From: Sedimentisphaerales bacterium
GTDB lineage: Bacteria > Planctomycetota > Phycisphaerae > Sedimentisphaerales > Anaerobacaceae
NCBI GenBank assembly: GCA_963708075.1
Contig: OY970194.1
Location: 6,176,001-6,240,000 of the forward strand
Reading direction: 5' to 3'
Length of the DNA stretch: 64,000 nt
Under the pieces are notes generated by a model that saw only the letters and a program-made list of their open reading frames with translations, made no database searches and was not told the DNA's origin. Below are positions 59,946 through 64,000 of this stretch, in pieces (within the stretch, counting starts at the first letter, position 1; the number at the start of each line of letters is the position of its first letter). The position numbers and the translations under genes are program-made.

Positions 59946-60497
59946 ATGAAGCAGGAAACCGGGTTATCGACGTTGTCGCTGGCGATTCTGGGGCTGGTTT
60001 CCCAGAGGCCGCTGACGGGGTATGACATCCGCAAGGTGTTCGCGACCACGCCGATGGGCCACTTCAGCAGCAGCCCCGGGGCCATCTATCCGGCGTTGAA
60101 GCGGATCGAGGATGCCGGCTGGGTTCACGGCAGGGCGGGGCAGGGCAAAACCCATCGACAGCGAATGCTCTATGAGGTCACCCCGCGCGGGCTCGAAGCC
60201 CTCAGGCAACATCTCTCGCAGTCGGTCACAAGGGACGATGTCATCTGGCACATGGACGACCTGATGATGCGGTTCGCGTTCATGGACGGCGTCATTGGCC
60301 CCGAGAGGACCGTGCGGTTCCTGCAGGACTTCGCATCCCAGATCGACGCCTATGTTGCGGTCCTGCGGGCTTATCTCAGCAGCGTCAAAGACATCATGCC
60401 GCCGTGCGGCAGGCTGGCCATGGAAAACGGCATCCAAGGCTACGAGATGAACGCCCAATGGGCCAGACGGGCGATTGAGGAACTGAAACGCAATTGA
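59946..60497 (+). CDS. PadR-family transcriptional regulator
   Basis: AILGL..RPLTGYDI, SPGAIYPALKR, YEVTPRG. Confidence 0.92.
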   Translation: MKQETGLSTLSLAILGLVSQRPLTGYDIRKVFATTPMGHFSSSPGAIYPALKRIEDAGWVHGRAGQGKTHRQRMLYEVTPRGLEALRQHLSQSVTRDDVIWHMDDLMMRFAFMDGVIGPERTVRFLQDFASQIDAYVAVLRAYLSSVKDIMPPCGRLAMENGIQGYEMNAQWARRAIEELKRN

Positions 60498-60511
60498 AGG
60501 CAGTGGATTTT

Positions 60512-60586
60512 GTAGGATGGGCTTCAGCCCATGCTGTGTTTGTCCCTCATAACAGAATTGTCCGCATGGGCTAACGCCCATCCTAC
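60512..60586. repeat. GTAG-type REP doublet (GTAGGATGGGC...GCCCATG)
   Basis: Inverted pair between padR and the next gene. Confidence 0.85.
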
Positions 60587-60610
60587 GAGTCACAGAGCGA
60601 AGGAGTAACC

Positions 60611-61537
60611 ATGAGTACAGTGCGAGTGTTCAGAAAAACGATTGGATATTCGTGGCGAGTCCCGTCGTGTGCGGCGGCATACGTGGCCGGGGCGGTGGCC
60701 GGCGGAGTGGCGGCTTCCGCACTCGGTCTGCCGCTGCCACAACTGCCCGAGCAGGCAGATGAAGGGACAACGGGCCTGCTCCTGCTCATCGCCAGCCTTG
60801 CCCTGGCGGCGGGGTTGGCGCCTCTGGCCCGGCGGCTCCAAGGGCCATACTGGCTGCGGTGGTTGATACTTGCAGACCTGTGCTACATCTGCATCGGCGT
60901 GACCTCGCCGCTCGAGGGCGCCATCTTCACCACCATGGACATGGCCTCTGTTCCGATCCTTTCCCTCCTCCCGTGCCTTCTCTTTGGTGCCGTCATGGCG
61001 CTGCTGTTCAAGCCTGCGGGTGGGGACGACTCGCTTGCCGTACGCGTGAGACAATTCTTCTGCGGGCGCAGCGCAGGGCAATGGATGTGGCGGCTCGCGG
61101 CGGCGGTCTGTGCCTTTCCGATCGTCTATTGGACGTTCGGGCTGATGGTCGCCCCGTTCGTCATGGAATACTACAAGCAGGGCCAGTTCGCCCTGGCCGT
61201 GCCCAATCCGGCCGTGATCCTCGCGACTCAATTCGCCAGGAGTGCGCTCTTTCTGCTGGCGGCAATGCCGATCCTCGTCATGTGGTCGGGATCGAGACGC
61301 CAGCTCATTTTGGCGCTGGGCCTCGCGTTCTATGTGCTGGTGGGCCTGTTCGGCATGATCCAGTCTTACTGGCTCGCCCCCACGCTTCAGGCCCTGCACA
61401 ATACCGAGATGCTCATCGATTCGATGGTGTATGCCTGGGCTCTCACCGCTTTGCTTGTCCGCAAAGAGGAAACGAAAGACGACGAGTTGTTCGCGCGATA
61501 CCTGCTGTGCATGGCGCAGACGCCCGTCACGAACTGA
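60611..61537 (+). CDS. Hypothetical polytopic membrane protein
   Basis: AAGGAG RBS; about 8 TM segments in two related halves. Confidence 0.75.
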   Translation: MSTVRVFRKTIGYSWRVPSCAAAYVAGAVAGGVAASALGLPLPQLPEQADEGTTGLLLLIASLALAAGLAPLARRLQGPYWLRWLILADLCYICIGVTSPLEGAIFTTMDMASVPILSLLPCLLFGAVMALLFKPAGGDDSLAVRVRQFFCGRSAGQWMWRLAAAVCAFPIVYWTFGLMVAPFVMEYYKQGQFALAVPNPAVILATQFARSALFLLAAMPILVMWSGSRRQLILALGLAFYVLVGLFGMIQSYWLAPTLQALHNTEMLIDSMVYAWALTALLVRKEETKDDELFARYLLCMAQTPVTN

Positions 61538-61560
61538 AGAACCACTTTTGATTTGGAGGT

Positions 61561-62535
61561 ATGAGAACCATGAGAACGCACAGAATCACAACAGCATTGG
61601 CGATCGCAATGATTTGCAGTTCGATCTCTCTTGCGGCGGGGGAGTCGAAACGCATGGATGATTCGATCCTGCGGCAGACGTTTGACTTCGCCGGCGCTCG
61701 CTCACCACAGCCGCAGTTGTTCGACATGGAAACGGTCGTGATTACGTACGCGCCGGACGGCAAGCGCGTGAACACGGACGTGCTGAGGCTTCAACTCAAG
61801 TGCGCGCCCGCCCGCGCAACGGGCAAGGACGCGGATGAGTACACGTGCATCCGATTCGCGGTGAAGTTCGGGGACTCGCCCGAGGTCACCGTGCCGGCCA
61901 TGGCGAACTGGACACACCCGTTCACGACCACGGCCTCCGGCATGGACGAGAAAGGCCAGGTGTTCGGCATCGACCACGCGAAGTTCGAGAAGCTCGTCGA
62001 CTCGAACGGTCAGCCGCTGCCCGTCGACAAGGCCTACTATGTGTACAACGCGTTCATCGATTTCCACGGCTTCTGCAATGCCTTCGCCGAGCCGACGACC
62101 GGGGGCAAGGGCATCCAGGACCTCAAAAGCATCGGAGACAAGATCGTCCACGCCGCCGCGTTCACCGAGCCGCCGGTCAATCTCGGCAGTAATATCAAGG
62201 AGGGCTCCACATTCAAGAACGGCGAAGTCACCCTCGAACTGAAGGGACTCAGCATCGTGGATGGGGCGGCGTGTGCCATCGTGACCTACGACTCCGGCCA
62301 GAGCTCTTTTCAGATGCTCATGAATCCCATGCCAAACATGGAGGTCCGCGCCGTCGGCGCCTCGCACTACAAGGGTGACATCCACATCGACCTGGCGACC
62401 CGCTGGCCCCGCAAGGTGACGATGGACGAGCTGGTCGTCGCCGAGAGCACCGTGCCGGCGCTGTCCAACAAGATCAGCGCCGTCATCGAACGCAGCACCG
62501 TCATCCGCAACGTCGGCAATAAGACCCGGGACTAA
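61561..62535 (+). CDS. Secreted hypothetical protein
   Basis: GGAGG RBS, signal peptide, strong GC3 coding bias. Confidence 0.75.
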   Translation: MRTMRTHRITTALAIAMICSSISLAAGESKRMDDSILRQTFDFAGARSPQPQLFDMETVVITYAPDGKRVNTDVLRLQLKCAPARATGKDADEYTCIRFAVKFGDSPEVTVPAMANWTHPFTTTASGMDEKGQVFGIDHAKFEKLVDSNGQPLPVDKAYYVYNAFIDFHGFCNAFAEPTTGGKGIQDLKSIGDKIVHAAAFTEPPVNLGSNIKEGSTFKNGEVTLELKGLSIVDGAACAIVTYDSGQSSFQMLMNPMPNMEVRAVGASHYKGDIHIDLATRWPRKVTMDELVVAESTVPALSNKISAVIERSTVIRNVGNKTRD

Positions 62536-62539
62536 ACGT

Positions 62540-62584
62540 CCGGGCGGCAGCGGCAAGTCCTTCGACCTTGCCGCTGCCACTCGG
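62540..62584. repeat. Collapsed single-hairpin member of the GTGG REP-doublet family, between convergent genes
   Basis: GGCAGCGGCAAG-tccttcgac-CTTGCCGCTGCC. Confidence 0.75.
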
Positions 62585-62596
62585 AGTCAGATAGTC

Positions 62597-64000
62597 CTAT
62601 CCCCGATCTGTGAGTCTTCCATAGACCTCGACTTCGATGTAATGATTGAGATCGTTGGCGGTGTTGCCGCGGCTGTAGAGGCGGACGTACCGGCCGCGAA
62701 TGCCCTTGGCATCGAAGATTTCTCCGAAGTTCGTATCGACGTAGTTCATGTCCGTGCCGACGCCCAACCCGGCGGAGTTGTCGATGTCATTGTTGAAGAT
62801 CGTTTTGACGCCTGTAGTGAAATCAGGATCGTTCGAGATCCAGACGATCACGTCGAAGTACACACGAGGCACGTTATGGTAGTGCCAGGCTCGAATGCCG
62901 TAGATTTCGTGCTGGCCCCGGAGGTCGATGGTGATGTGCTGGAGGAGAGGCGCCAGTTCTACATAACTGCCGTCGGCGGCCTCCTTGTCGCCATCTGTGA
63001 TCATCGCTATCTCGCCGAGGATCGGATCGGGGTCGCTGGCAGAAACAGGTTTGCCCAGCGCGACGTTTTTGGTTCCCACCGGAGCCAGGAAGGGTGGTCC
63101 GGCCTCTGTCTGGACAGGCTTGGTATTTGGGGCTCGGAAGTCCTCCTCTGTCCCGCGAAAGGCCGGTGTTGGGAGTTTCGTCTCGACCGGCACTATTGCG
63201 GCTGATTTCTGGCCCGCAGGAGCCGAGGCGTCGTGGCGCTGGGAATTGTCGGATAGTTGTGGCTTATCCGTTGGCTTGCTCGTGTCTTTGGGGCCGCGCA
63301 CGAGGCGAAAGCCGTTGTTGTAGTGACTGCAGTCGAGAAAGCTGCCCATCCGGATGGCGGAGCCGAGCCAGCCGGGGGGATTGGCGAAGGATCCGCCGCG
63401 GGAGACCACGTCGCTGGCGGGAGACAAGTCCCACCGGGGGCTGCCGTCGATCGGGGCGCCCTCATAACTCGTAGTGAAGAAATCGAGGCACCACTCCCAG
63501 ACGTTGCCGTGCATGTCGTAGAGGCCCAGGGTGTTTGGCTGCTTCTGCGCGACCGGGTGCGGGCGGCCGCCGGAATTGTACCGGTACCATCCCATGGCAC
63601 TCACCTCGCCGGCATAGGCCCCGGTTGTGCCGGCCCGGCAGGCATGCTCCCATTCCGACTCGCTGGGCAGACGGATCTCCTGCCCGGTCTCGGCCGACAG
63701 CCAGTGACAGAAGGCCATCGCATCGTACCAGCTTATGAAGGTCACCGGGTGCTCGTCCGATTGGGGAAAGGTCGTGTTCTGCCAATCCACGTCAGGCTCC
63801 GCCTGCCAGTCCTGGCCTCCGAAGCGCGCGCCGCCCATGCCCGCCTTTTCCCCGTCGGTCACGTAGCCCGTCGCCTCGACGAACGCGCGGAATTGTGCGA
63901 CCGTGACCTCTGTCCGGCCCATTTCAAAGTCATAGCCGATGCGGACCCTGTGCACGGGCTTTTCGATACTGCCCTCTTCTGTTCCCATCAGGAATTCGCC
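62597..64000 (-). CDS. FGE-sulfatase (SUMF1-like) domain plus discoidin/F5-8C-like domain protein; 5' end lies beyond the window
   Basis: RLPSESEWEHACRAG, LGLYDMHGNVWEWC, RGGS, GFRLV; C-terminal NVALGKPV...GRYVRLY...EVEVYG. Confidence 0.88.
   Translation of the reverse strand, partial: GEFLMGTEEGSIEKPVHRVRIGYDFEMGRTEVTVAQFRAFVEATGYVTDGEKAGMGGARFGGQDWQAEPDVDWQNTTFPQSDEHPVTFISWYDAMAFCHWLSAETGQEIRLPSESEWEHACRAGTTGAYAGEVSAMGWYRYNSGGRPHPVAQKQPNTLGLYDMHGNVWEWCLDFFTTSYEGAPIDGSPRWDLSPASDVVSRGGSFANPPGWLGSAIRMGSFLDCSHYNNGFRLVRGPKDTSKPTDKPQLSDNSQRHDASAPAGQKSAAIVPVETKLPTPAFRGTEEDFRAPNTKPVQTEAGPPFLAPVGTKNVALGKPVSASDPDPILGEIAMITDGDKEAADGSYVELAPLLQHITIDLRGQHEIYGIRAWHYHNVPRVYFDVIVWISNDPDFTTGVKTIFNNDIDNSAGLGVGTDMNYVDTNFGEIFDAKGIRGRYVRLYSRGNTANDLNHYIEVEVYGRLTDRG

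Noticed and set aside
11118..62584. REP doublets as dispersed mini-CRISPR units
   Set aside because: The repeats are inverted rather than direct, and the spacers share end motifs, implying common ancestry rather than acquisition

Overview
GC-rich bacterial chromosomal window. Gene content and repeat style suggest an anaerobic planctomycete (Phycisphaerae/Sedimentisphaerales-like); this is an inference. In order it holds: an Mla/MCE ABC operon; a large secreted IPT-repeat protein; ferritin-like and TspO genes; a diadenylate cyclase behind a structured leader; a GT-C/GT2/methyltransferase locus; a ~13 kb rex-Cache kinase-[FeFe]-hydrogenase operon (fdx-hydB-hydA-hydG-hydC-hydE) followed by a receiver protein and phoBR-like genes; an accessory zone (HNH-AP2, HNH, a complete IS1182 with TIRs and TSD, an Hsp20 remnant, a TIR/NDT-like gene pair); purM-purF; an N6-methyltransferase plus nuclease pair; rdgB with an orphan methyltransferase; three ECF sigma/anti-sigma pairs; and a PadR operon. 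The most striking non-genic signal is a dense set of small repeats: ten copies of a GTGG-type REP-doublet family with compensatory changes and unique central spacers, many other REP families, inverted heptamer arrays (some translated inside genes), and GGGTCA-motif inverted arrays bracketing an HNH gene. About eight frameshifts in unrelated genes suggest assembly indel errors. No rRNA, tRNA or CRISPR array was seen.
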